DNA from: an uncultured SAR86 cluster bacterium
GTDB taxonomy: Bacteria; Pseudomonadota; Gammaproteobacteria; Magnimaribacterales; AG-339-G14
Direction: 5' to 3'
Assembly (NCBI GenBank): GCA_902594855.1
Contig: CACJNS010000003.1
Location: 1,289-65,288 of the forward strand
Length of the DNA: 64,000 bases
Below are positions 1 through 9,098 of this stretch, piece after piece. The position numbers and the translations under genes are program-made. The stretch's first letter is position 1. Every line of letters begins with the position of its first letter. The notes below the pieces were generated by a model. It had not been told where the DNA came from, did no database searches, and was given only the letters and a program-made list of their open reading frames with translations.

Positions 1-224
1 CGATTAAGAACATGAAACATTATTAAGCCAGTCACCATAAAGGCTAAGTTTGTAAGTGTATTAACAGGCTCTCTAAAAATACTATCGCTTACCCTTTCAC
101 ACCATCTTGATACACCGCCAATCTCCATTCCCGGTTCAAGTGAGAGACCAATACCAAATAAAGTAAAAATACTATAAAGAAATAGAAATAAAAAACTGAA
201 TAAATACGCAAGACGAATGGCCAT
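1..224 (-). CDS. Ceramidase/CREST-family membrane hydrolase (5' part only; runs off the window edge)
   Basis: Not in the ORF track. Manual translation from ATG at 224: MAIRLAYLFSFLFLFLYSIFTLFGIG...SRWCERVSDSIFREPVNTLTNLAFMVTGL. The WCE...EPxNTxTN motif is typical of alkaline ceramidase/CREST proteins. Confidence 0.75.
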   Translation of the reverse strand, partial: MAIRLAYLFSFLFLFLYSIFTLFGIGLSLEPGMEIGGVSRWCERVSDSIFREPVNTLTNLAFMVTGLIMFHVLN

Positions 225-266
225 AATTAATTATATAGCCATAAAGTCTTGAAAATTAGAATTTAT

Positions 267-743
267 TTATGGAGTTCTCATTACCTCAGGTGGAGTACAC
301 TTGAGGATAGAAGTTGTATTGAGCTCTTCTAGTACTAATTTAAGTTTTCTGAATTCAGCGACTTCTGGATTTAACCCAACTGAACTGACACCAATAAAGC
401 TAGTCCCAATCAAAGGATCGTGCTTTGTTAAGCCATAAGTAGAGTAGCTAGTGCTTCTATTTGAATTCTCGACAACTCTTTCAGATAGATTATTAATTAA
501 ATTAGAAATTCTGATTCTATTTGCTTGCATTTCAGAACAAGACAAAGTTTGAATATCTAAAGGATAATGAATTGTCTCGTCGTTAACTGCTCCTTTTCCT
601 CCATTTTGCTCAATAAAATCATCAAGCATTATTGACGCAGAAGAATAAGTAGTAACGTTAGTGCCAGCACAATTTGCTAATACAAATAGTAACAAAGGAA
701 GGATCAGTACTTTGTTAAATTTTTTCATGTTTATTGTCTTCAT
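267..743 (-). CDS. Hypothetical lipoprotein
   Basis: 158 aa; basic N-terminus, hydrophobic stretch and lipobox-like LANC; GGAG upstream. No family recognised. Confidence 0.6.
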   Translation of the reverse strand: MKTINMKKFNKVLILPLLLFVLANCAGTNVTTYSSASIMLDDFIEQNGGKGAVNDETIHYPLDIQTLSCSEMQANRIRISNLINNLSERVVENSNRSTSYSTYGLTKHDPLIGTSFIGVSSVGLNPEVAEFRKLKLVLEELNTTSILKCTPPEVMRTP

Positions 744-973
744 AAACCCACTCCATGAAGTTTTTCCCCTATATTTTTCTCATAATTAAGAAAAAAGAGA
801 ATTTTATTGTCAAAATGACACATAGTCAAACTAACAAAAACTTATTTGGTAATTAAATTTTACTATATTTAATGCTAAAAAGCCTTAATTTATCTATGAT
901 CAAAGAGATTTTATTTAAATCTAAATCGTTTCATGATATTCAATTCAACTTAATGTAAAGTAACTATTCTTTT

Positions 974-2746
974 ATGGATACCAATCAAATCATACTTTCA
1001 GCCATACTTTTAGTAATGGTGGGAATGTTTATATGGGGAAGATATCGCTATGATGCAGTTGCGCTTACAAGTTTAGCGGTTTTAGTGGTGCTTGGATTTG
1101 TGCCTGCAAAAGAAGCATTCGTTGGCTTTGGCCATCCAGCTGTTATAACTGTCGCACTTGTATTGTTGATAAGTAAGGGCTTAGAAGCTTCAGGATTGAT
1201 AGGAAAAATTGGCAGCCTTCTTCAAAAAATTGCCAGCAGCGAATTTCAATTTCTTGTGATCTTGATGGGAATAGCGGTTGTTCTGTCTTCATTCATGAAC
1301 AATATCGGAGCTATGGCGATGCTTCTACCGGTTACTTTAGGAATATGCCAAAAAATGAGCTGGTCCCCTTCTAAATTTTTGATGCCTCTTGCTTTTGCAT
1401 CTATTTTAGGCGGAATGAATACTAAAATAGGAACACCTCCAAACATTATTATTTCTGAATTTAGAGATCAATATTCCGATAAAGGCTTTGAATTCTTTGA
1501 TTTTGCCTATGCTGGATTACCTGTAAGCATTGGTGGTTTGGTTTTCATAGCATTATTAGGATTCATACTTGTAAAAAATAGATCTGGAGAAAATGACTCT
1601 TCCTCTTTAGTGGATATTAATGAATATTTAGTGGAATTAGTAATAGATAAAGATAGTGAACTTATTGGTAAAAGAACCCAAGAGTTTAGGAAAGAATTAG
1701 GATCTGACATTGTACTTATTGGGTCTGTTAATGAGTCCTCAGATGCTAGAGAAATATTAAGTAATTTTGATGAATTAAAAGAATCACAAATATTGCTTTT
1801 AAAAATTAATCCTGAAGAAGTATCTGGTCTCCAAGAAAAATATGGACTATCCCTTAGAACAGAAATTAAAGATCTAGATTCAGGAAGTTTTGGTGAAATT
1901 GAAACTATGATTTCTCCTGGCTCTAGATTGATAGGAAGAACTATAGACTATTTTTCTACAATGGCAGGAAGACAAATGGCTATTTTAGGGCTTTGGAGAA
2001 AAGGAACAAATTTTCAAGGAAGTTTATCAAACGAGCACTTTAAATCTGGAGATGTATTATTAATTGCAACGAGGGAAGAACAAAAAGATACTAGCGAAAA
2101 AATGCAGGATCTAGGCCTTATGCCTTTGTGGCAAAGAGAACTAGATGTAATAAAAGATGACTCTAAAATTCTTTTATCGCTAGGTTTATTTTCATTTAGT
2201 TTACTTCTTGTTATCACAAATTTTTTAAATGTTGTCATTGCTTTTTTGCTATGTGTTTTAGCTTTTGTAGCCTCTAAATTACTAAAGCCAAATATGCTTT
2301 ACAGGCATATTGAATGGCCTGTCATTGTATTACTTGGGGCTATGATCCCAATTGGCGATGCATTGTATGACAGCGGCCTTACCAATATTCTTGCAACTGC
2401 TATAGCCACTCAATCAATTCAATTTGGTTTAGTAGGCACTTTAATTATTTTAATGGTTGCAACCATGTGTTTATCAGATGTCATTAATAATGCAGCTACA
2501 GCTGTTATCATGGGACCAATATCAGTAACCATAGCTAATCAGTTAGGCCACCCTACTGAACCTTTCTTGATGTGTGTTGCCATAGGTGCAAGCTGCGCTT
2601 TTCTTTCTCCAATAGGTCATCAATGCAATACTTTAGTGATGGGGCCTGGTAATTATAAATTTGGAGATTATTGGAAACTTGGATTGCCTTTGGAGCTTCT
2701 GATCATTGCGATATCAACTCCTTTGCTACTTATTTTTTGGTTCTAG
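974..2746 (+). CDS. SLC13/DASS-family (CitMHS-like) permease with TrkA-C domains
   Basis: Two SNN-type motifs (SSFMNN, SDVINN), IGTPPN and SPIGHQCN...GNYKFGDY; soluble central TrkA-C repeats. Confidence 0.9.
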   Translation: MDTNQIILSAILLVMVGMFIWGRYRYDAVALTSLAVLVVLGFVPAKEAFVGFGHPAVITVALVLLISKGLEASGLIGKIGSLLQKIASSEFQFLVILMGIAVVLSSFMNNIGAMAMLLPVTLGICQKMSWSPSKFLMPLAFASILGGMNTKIGTPPNIIISEFRDQYSDKGFEFFDFAYAGLPVSIGGLVFIALLGFILVKNRSGENDSSSLVDINEYLVELVIDKDSELIGKRTQEFRKELGSDIVLIGSVNESSDAREILSNFDELKESQILLLKINPEEVSGLQEKYGLSLRTEIKDLDSGSFGEIETMISPGSRLIGRTIDYFSTMAGRQMAILGLWRKGTNFQGSLSNEHFKSGDVLLIATREEQKDTSEKMQDLGLMPLWQRELDVIKDDSKILLSLGLFSFSLLLVITNFLNVVIAFLLCVLAFVASKLLKPNMLYRHIEWPVIVLLGAMIPIGDALYDSGLTNILATAIATQSIQFGLVGTLIILMVATMCLSDVINNAATAVIMGPISVTIANQLGHPTEPFLMCVAIGASCAFLSPIGHQCNTLVMGPGNYKFGDYWKLGLPLELLIIAISTPLLLIFWF

Positions 2747-2985
2747 TAACCCTGAATTATTGTTCCTCTTACAAAGAGTTCATAGTAGCGAGAGCAATTA
2801 TATTTTCTCAGCTTTATAAGCATATCAAGGTATTTTTGTTTATCTGCTTCTAAAGACGATTTGTGATCTAAATAACAAGCATCAAACTCATCCAAATCAT
2901 ACATAGAGTTTTTTACAACTTTTTCGTAAGTGCAAGAAAGTAAAGTAAGAGATATTAAAAGAACCAAATAGTTATTGATTCTCAT
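2743..2985 (-). CDS. Small hypothetical lipoprotein
   Basis: 80 aa, lipobox LLSC, two further Cys; start overlaps the 3' end of the channel gene. Confidence 0.6.
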   Translation of the reverse strand: MRINNYLVLLISLTLLSCTYEKVVKNSMYDLDEFDACYLDHKSSLEADKQKYLDMLIKLRKYNCSRYYELFVRGTIIQGY

Positions 2986-3697
2986 CTGCGCTTAATTGAC
3001 CGCTACTTGATTTCTTTGACATTACATCGACAATAATTCCAATGACCATGTTTAACATTATGACAGCATTCAAAAGAATAAAACTTATAAAGTAAATCCA
3101 AACCCAAGGGAAAACTTCAATAATATCTTTCATTACTGCTGCCCAGTCATCGTAGGTGGCAACCTGTGCAAGAGTTAGCATTGCTAAACCAATATTACCC
3201 CAATGCTCTGGGTCAGTAGTTCCAAAAACTAACGTACCTATAGCAGCCCATATATATATGAAAATGAACATTAGAAGCGCAACAAAGCCAACTCTTGGAA
3301 GAGTCTCAAATAAAGCATCAACAATTTTCTTTAATGCAGGCACGACTGTGATAATTCTCAGTACTCTTACTATTCTAAGTAACCTTGCTACAAAGGCTGT
3401 TTCTCCACCAGTAATAGGAATTAAGCTGACTGTCACAATTATGAAATCAAATATGTTCCATCCACTTTGAAAAAATTTAATTAAGGATCTTTCAGCGACA
3501 ATTCTTATTATTATCTCTATCAAAAAGAAAACTGTGATCGCAGTATCTAAGAAGTTCAAAATTCCTACATAGTCATCTGAAAGATCATAAGAACTTACTC
3601 CTGCGTAGATAGCAGAACCAATTATTACAAAGATGACTATACCGTTAAAAAAACTGCTGTTTCTGATCTTTAAGAAAAATTGAACTATTTGATTCAT
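2972..3697 (-). CDS. Voltage-gated cation channel, BacNav/NaChBac family (Ion_trans)
   Basis: Six TM segments, WNIFDF in S3, S4 RLLRIVRVLR, pore TLAQVATYDDW, S6 LNMVIGIIVD. Confidence 0.9.
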   Translation of the reverse strand: MNQIVQFFLKIRNSSFFNGIVIFVIIGSAIYAGVSSYDLSDDYVGILNFLDTAITVFFLIEIIIRIVAERSLIKFFQSGWNIFDFIIVTVSLIPITGGETAFVARLLRIVRVLRIITVVPALKKIVDALFETLPRVGFVALLMFIFIYIWAAIGTLVFGTTDPEHWGNIGLAMLTLAQVATYDDWAAVMKDIIEVFPWVWIYFISFILLNAVIMLNMVIGIIVDVMSKKSSSGQLSADENQ

Positions 3698-3729
3698 GTG
3701 CGGATTATATACTCAACTTGAAATAAGAG

Positions 3730-5052
3730 TTAATTATTTAAACAAAGATAAGAAAGGTTCAAACCAACATCTGTATTACTTCTAGAAAAAATATCTATGC
3801 TACTTCTATTATCGAAAGGTTTAACGAATATATTCATTGATAAGCAGTTTATATAAAGTCTAGAAAAGGTTAAATCAGAAGATTCATTTATATCTTTTCT
3901 AACCCCTAACGGACCATTAGGCGCAAGGTAGTTTTTTGTCGACCAATCATAATTGGTTGCCATTACCCAAGAATCAGGCAATGGCATGCGATAACTAAAA
4001 CCGAATCCCCATTGCCTAAAGGACTCAAATTTTTCATTTGCTTCATATTTATCGCTAAAAACATTCAAAGTCCAACTTGAATTATTATTAGGTAAAAAGA
4101 ATGTATTATTTACAAAAGTTCCGTAACGATAACCACTTTTTGCTTCTAGACCTATAAAGTTCCTTTTGTCTATATTGAAACCATAATCAAAATTTGATCC
4201 ATTTTCTAAAGTGCCTGAATGACTAACGCTAAAAGCATTTGATTCTAAAAGTGCTTCACCCGATAGGTATACCTGAATTCTGGTAAAACTGGGAGTGACA
4301 CTTGGACTTTTAAGAATTCCTAATCTACCTTCTTCCACCTCAAGTTTACTGTTAATTCCAAAAACTAAACTTCTTTGATCAAATTGAGTGAATCTTGATT
4401 GATAAGTAGTAGCCAGCGCTAAAAAGTAATTTATTGAATCTCCTCGAGGATTATTTAAGTTTTGAGTAAGTGAAACGTTATAATTAAATGATAATTTTGA
4501 GTCAGACTGAGGTTTAGAATCAGGACTCACTTCTAAGGGAAATCCTGCTATTTCAATGATATCTGCATCTATCCCAGCATTAGCATTTGTTGAGCTTGAA
4601 AATCCAAATGTCATTAATTGATTTACCTTCAAAGGTTTTTCTTGCTCTTCTATAGCAGAAAGAAAAGACTCAACTTTTGTAACTACTTCTTCTGGAGGAT
4701 CGTAATCTTTGACACTATCTAAATATAGTTTTGCTGGAGCGTAAGCTTCTAATCTGAAATATAGTACTCCTAGCTCTAATCTAATCCTCGCAAGGGTCGG
4801 ATCGTATATAAGCATTTGCTCAAAGACTCCAATTGCTGCCTCTAAATCACCCAATATGATGGATAAATTGGCATATTTGAATAAATTGCTTTGATTGGTT
4901 GGTTCTTCTAATAATTGATCAAAGATTAGTTGTCTTTCTTTTCTGATAGTTTCTAATTGCTCAGGATCAGATATAGTTGGTGGAACATTTTGCGAAGAAG
5001 CAAAAAAGGTCAAACCAAAGACAAATAGTAATAAAATATACTTACTAGACAT
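3730..5052 (-). CDS. TPR + outer-membrane beta-barrel protein (Slam/DUF560-like)
   Basis: Signal peptide, TPR region (AIGVFEQMLIYDPTLARIRLELGVLYF), then STNANAG and amphipathic beta-strands to the C-terminus. Confidence 0.7.
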   Translation of the reverse strand: MSSKYILLLFVFGLTFFASSQNVPPTISDPEQLETIRKERQLIFDQLLEEPTNQSNLFKYANLSIILGDLEAAIGVFEQMLIYDPTLARIRLELGVLYFRLEAYAPAKLYLDSVKDYDPPEEVVTKVESFLSAIEEQEKPLKVNQLMTFGFSSSTNANAGIDADIIEIAGFPLEVSPDSKPQSDSKLSFNYNVSLTQNLNNPRGDSINYFLALATTYQSRFTQFDQRSLVFGINSKLEVEEGRLGILKSPSVTPSFTRIQVYLSGEALLESNAFSVSHSGTLENGSNFDYGFNIDKRNFIGLEAKSGYRYGTFVNNTFFLPNNNSSWTLNVFSDKYEANEKFESFRQWGFGFSYRMPLPDSWVMATNYDWSTKNYLAPNGPLGVRKDINESSDLTFSRLYINCLSMNIFVKPFDNRSSIDIFSRSNTDVGLNLSYLCLNN

Positions 5053-5089
5053 GACAAAGCGTCAATTATATAGCTTTTAATAAACAAAA

Positions 5090-7273
5090 ATGAAGAACAT
5101 TCAAAAAAAATTGTTATTGCCAATGGCAATTTTAATTGGATTAATTCCTCTAGCTAATCCTTTGAACATTTTCGATGAATTAAGATTATTTGCATTCGAT
5201 ACTTTGCAACAAATAAATCCAAGAGAACCATTGGAAGATGATCCTGTGGTTATTATAGATATTGATGATGAATCTCTTAATAATCTTGGTCAATGGCCAT
5301 GGTCTAGAGATTTATTATCTAAATTAGTCCAGCAAACAGAACAAGCTCTTACAACATCATTCGATATCGTTTTTGCAGAAAGAGATAGAACTGGGAGTGA
5401 TGTTCTCACTGAGCAATATTCAGATAACTCGGAGTTAGTTAATGAGCTGAAGAAAATTAAACCTAACGACTTAGTTTTTGCTGAATCTATGCAAGCTCAT
5501 ACAACCGTAGTACTTGGAAGCGCACCTAACAATAAATTAATCAGTCAATCTATCAAACCTAAATTTGGTTTAATTATTCAAGGTGATACACCTAATGAAT
5601 TTTTACCAAATTATTCTGGTATGCAAAATAATCTGCCTTCATTGATTTCTTCTGCAGCGGGAGTTGGATCTATGAGTATTGGCGGAGATTCAAGCATTGT
5701 TAGAAGCTTACCAACTTTTGAAATAGTTAGTGGGCAGATCGTTCCCTCTCTGATGCTAGAAACTTTGAGAGTAGCAATAGGAGCAAGTACTTATCAAATA
5801 AAATCTTCTAATGCTTCAGGAGAACTTGCTTTTGGAGAGAGCACCGGAATTAATAACATTAAATTAGGAAATGTGATTGTACCAACTAATGCAAATGGAA
5901 ATTTATGGTTACATTCAACTTATACAGAAAATTTAAATGTTATTCCCGCCTTTAAAGTACTTAACAATACTTTCGATAGAGAGTACTTTGCTGGAAAAAT
6001 TGTCCTAGTTGGAACGAGCGCATCTGGCTTACTTGATATTAGAAACACATCTTTAGAGAAAGATATTCCAGGTGTAACAGTCATAGCTCAAGGAATTCAA
6101 CAAATTATAAATGGCGAGTTTTTAGTTAGACCAGATTGGATGGAAGGAGGAGAATTTATATTTGGATTATTTTTTTCTATTTTAATATGTTTAATCATTC
6201 AATATTTTGGCCCTACTGGAGGATTGATCACATTTCTAGTTGCAAATATGTCAAGTCTCTACGGTTCTTACTACGGATTTAACAATTTAGATTATTTAAT
6301 TGATCCTATATCTCCATTGGTAATATGCTTAACAAGTTATCTAATAATTACATTTTTTAATTTTTTATTTACTGAACTAGAACGAAGTAAGGTTAGGACT
6401 GCGTTTTCTCAATATTTAGCACCAGAAATGGTTTCTAGACTTGCTGAATCAAGTGAATCGTTAAAGCTAGGTGGAGAGAAGAAAAATATGACCTTTCTGT
6501 TTTCTGATATCAGAGGTTTTACAGCAATATCAGAAAGTTATAAATCTAATCCTGAAGAGCTAACGGAACTTATAAATAACCTCCTTACAGTGCTATCAAA
6601 TGAAATTTTAGATAACGCTGGCACTATTGATAAATATATGGGAGATTGCATTATGGCTTTTTGGAATGCACCCACAGATCAAGAAAATCATACCGATTTA
6701 GCTTTAAAAGCGTCTTTTGATATGGAGAAAGCGTTAGAGCAATTTAATATTGAGTTCCAAAAGCAAAAAGGTATGGAGTTAAAAATTGGTATTGGAATCA
6801 ATACAGGAGAATGTATTGTTGGAAATATGGGTTCTGAAAAAAGGTTTGATTATACGGTCTTAGGTGACCCTGTAAACCTTGCTTCAAGATTAGAAGGTCA
6901 ATCTGGAACTTATGGATTTCAGAGGATTCTTGGTCAAGAAACAGTGAATGCTCTTAAATCAAATGCAAATCTTTTCGAATTAGATCTGATTCAAGTAAAA
7001 GGAAAAAGTGAACCCGTAAAAATTTATACTTCTTTTGATAAATTCTCATTGAAAGATGAAAAATTATCTGAGTTCAGTAAAGATCATGAAGAATTTCTTC
7101 ATAATTACAGAAATCAACAATGGGATTTAGCTTTAAACTTTATTAAGAAATGGGAGCAACAAGTTACAGAGTTTGATTTATACTACGCTATTTTTAAAGA
7201 CAGAATTAAAGATATGAAGCTTAATTTAGCTGATCCAAATTGGAATGGAGCGTACGTTGCAACAACTAAGTAA
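5090..7273 (+). CDS. CHASE2-domain class III adenylate cyclase
   Basis: CHASE2 (IIDIDDESL, GQWPWSR), three TM helices, cyclase motifs FSDIRGFT, KYMGDCIM and DYTVLGDPVNLASRLE. The K/D pair indicates ATP specificity. Confidence 0.95.
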   Translation: MKNIQKKLLLPMAILIGLIPLANPLNIFDELRLFAFDTLQQINPREPLEDDPVVIIDIDDESLNNLGQWPWSRDLLSKLVQQTEQALTTSFDIVFAERDRTGSDVLTEQYSDNSELVNELKKIKPNDLVFAESMQAHTTVVLGSAPNNKLISQSIKPKFGLIIQGDTPNEFLPNYSGMQNNLPSLISSAAGVGSMSIGGDSSIVRSLPTFEIVSGQIVPSLMLETLRVAIGASTYQIKSSNASGELAFGESTGINNIKLGNVIVPTNANGNLWLHSTYTENLNVIPAFKVLNNTFDREYFAGKIVLVGTSASGLLDIRNTSLEKDIPGVTVIAQGIQQIINGEFLVRPDWMEGGEFIFGLFFSILICLIIQYFGPTGGLITFLVANMSSLYGSYYGFNNLDYLIDPISPLVICLTSYLIITFFNFLFTELERSKVRTAFSQYLAPEMVSRLAESSESLKLGGEKKNMTFLFSDIRGFTAISESYKSNPEELTELINNLLTVLSNEILDNAGTIDKYMGDCIMAFWNAPTDQENHTDLALKASFDMEKALEQFNIEFQKQKGMELKIGIGINTGECIVGNMGSEKRFDYTVLGDPVNLASRLEGQSGTYGFQRILGQETVNALKSNANLFELDLIQVKGKSEPVKIYTSFDKFSLKDEKLSEFSKDHEEFLHNYRNQQWDLALNFIKKWEQQVTEFDLYYAIFKDRIKDMKLNLADPNWNGAYVATTK

Positions 7274-7997
7274 ACTCCTCTTTATTACATTATTTTTGCC
7301 GTCAATGGCTATTTCTCAGACTATTGTGAACATAGAAGAGTTAAGAAATGAAGGTAAAGAAGGTTTTTTTGCTGGTCTTGGTTTTTCTTTGAATGCTTCA
7401 AGGGGTAACAGAGATAGAGACTATTATTCATTTGATCTAAGATTTGACTACAATCTTGATGATGTCGAAAATTTCATGATTCTAAGAAAATCTGAAAGGA
7501 AAATAAATCAAAACGTCACGGATATATCGCAACTCATTCATATAAGATCTGTCTTTGAGACATACAATCAGTACCATACTGAATTCTTTATCCAGTCAGC
7601 TAAAAATCCTTTTAGATTATTTAGAGAAAGAAACTTATTTGGTACCGGTTTAAGAATGATCATAGATGATCAAATGAGATTTGGAGCAGGCGTTATTTAT
7701 GAAGAGGAAACTGATTTAGAAGATTCAGTCACTGATACAACAAGATTCTCTCTTTATTTCCATGATAATTTTGAAATTGCTGAAAACGTTAACTTCAATA
7801 CAACTATTTATTATCAGCCCGATATATTGGATTTTAACGATTACAAAACAAGCTTCTTAATGGCTTTTAATTTTAAAGTTAATGAAAAATTTAGTATCAG
7901 CCTTCAGTACGATATTGCTTACGATTCGGAACCTATATTGAATGCCGTTGAGGATGATCAAGGATTAAGTACTAAATTCTCTTATTCCTTTAATTAA
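7245..7997 (+). CDS. DUF481-family outer-membrane beta-barrel
   Basis: Signal peptide, ASRGN near the N-terminus, YYQP, YDSEP and terminal FSYSF. Start may be the TTG at 7257 behind GGAG. Confidence 0.75.
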   Translation: MERTLQQLSKLLFITLFLPSMAISQTIVNIEELRNEGKEGFFAGLGFSLNASRGNRDRDYYSFDLRFDYNLDDVENFMILRKSERKINQNVTDISQLIHIRSVFETYNQYHTEFFIQSAKNPFRLFRERNLFGTGLRMIIDDQMRFGAGVIYEEETDLEDSVTDTTRFSLYFHDNFEIAENVNFNTTIYYQPDILDFNDYKTSFLMAFNFKVNEKFSISLQYDIAYDSEPILNAVEDDQGLSTKFSYSFN

Positions 7998-9007
7998 CCG
8001 GTTCTATCTAAACTTACTTTTTCAAGCTCCTCAAAAAGATGAGGATACTCTTCCATTAATTCTTCAAGGTCTTCTTTTGATAAAGAGAGTAGTTTAACTT
8101 CTTCTAGAGAGCTAATCGACGCATTACGCACTTCCTTGGAAAGAATTCCTTTTTCACCGAAATAGTCGCCCTGCCCCAAGGTAACAGGAGATTCTATTTC
8201 AACTTGCACCGAACCAAACTCAATGATGTACATGCAATCCGCCTCATCACCTTTTTCAATAATTTTTCTTTTAGCAGGATAAATCTCTGCAACCAACTTA
8301 TCGTTTATTTTGCTTAATGCTCCAATAGGCAACATAGAAAATAATGGAATGCTGGAAATTGTTTCCATCGTGATAAGAAAGTTTCTCTTTTGAATTTCTT
8401 CATAATAAGCAGATGCTAATATTGCTGCAGGTAATGCAAACATCCCGATACCTAAAAACATAGTTAGAGAAGTTAAAACCTGACCTAAAGGAGAAGATGG
8501 AGTTACGTCTCCATAACCTACTGTCGTTAAGGTTGCTATTCCAAACCACATTGAGTTAAGAATAGATCCAAAATATTCAGGATTAATATCCCTCTCAATA
8601 AAGTGAATTAAAGTAGAGAAAATCAACAGAACAGAAAAAACCATTATCTGAGACCCTAATAACGCTAATCGTTGGTTATACACTGTTCTCAGTAAGGTGT
8701 TTGTTGGTAACAACATCTTATGGTTACTGTAAATTGAATAAGCTCTGAAAATTCTTAATATTCTTAAATCGTAAAAACCAAAGAAAACATAATTAGCAAG
8801 AACTACAAAATCAAAAACTAACAAGAAAGAAAATCTTCGTTCAATAACAATCCTTAAAATGAACTCTGTCCCAAAAAAAATATACGAAGCTATAACAAAA
8901 ATATCAAAATAAATGTTTTCTGGAATAATTTTGCTTGAAGATAAAATCTGATCAAAAATATTTAATAAAATTAAAATACCAGCAATATTATTAATATATT
9001 TGATCAT
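7994..9007 (-). CDS. Cyclic-nucleotide-gated K+ channel (MloK1-like)
   Basis: K+ filter TTVGYGD and a C-terminal cNMP-binding domain (GDYFGE...RNASI). Confidence 0.92.
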   Translation of the reverse strand: MIKYINNIAGILILLNIFDQILSSSKIIPENIYFDIFVIASYIFFGTEFILRIVIERRFSFLLVFDFVVLANYVFFGFYDLRILRIFRAYSIYSNHKMLLPTNTLLRTVYNQRLALLGSQIMVFSVLLIFSTLIHFIERDINPEYFGSILNSMWFGIATLTTVGYGDVTPSSPLGQVLTSLTMFLGIGMFALPAAILASAYYEEIQKRNFLITMETISSIPLFSMLPIGALSKINDKLVAEIYPAKRKIIEKGDEADCMYIIEFGSVQVEIESPVTLGQGDYFGEKGILSKEVRNASISSLEEVKLLSLSKEDLEELMEEYPHLFEELEKVSLDRTG

Positions 9008-9053
9008 TTGGGTAAAACCTTGATTTGTATTTTATAACAATAATGTCTTAATC

Positions 9054-9084
9054 AAAAAAAACCCTGCTAATGCAGGGTTTTTTT
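9054..9084. terminator. Intrinsic terminator after TBDR-1 (potentially bidirectional)
   Basis: A-tract, CCCTGC-taat-GCAGGG, T-tract. Confidence 0.85.
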
Positions 9085-9098
9085 AATAAAGAATTTAA

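Noticed and set aside
808-820. Palindrome TGTCA-AAA-TGACA between the lipoprotein and SLC13 genes (also TGAC-N5-GTCA at 5052-5064) as a CRP or Pho site
   Set aside because: Spacing fits neither CRP (TGTGA-N6-TCACA) nor the PhoB direct repeat; short palindromes are common in AT-rich DNA.
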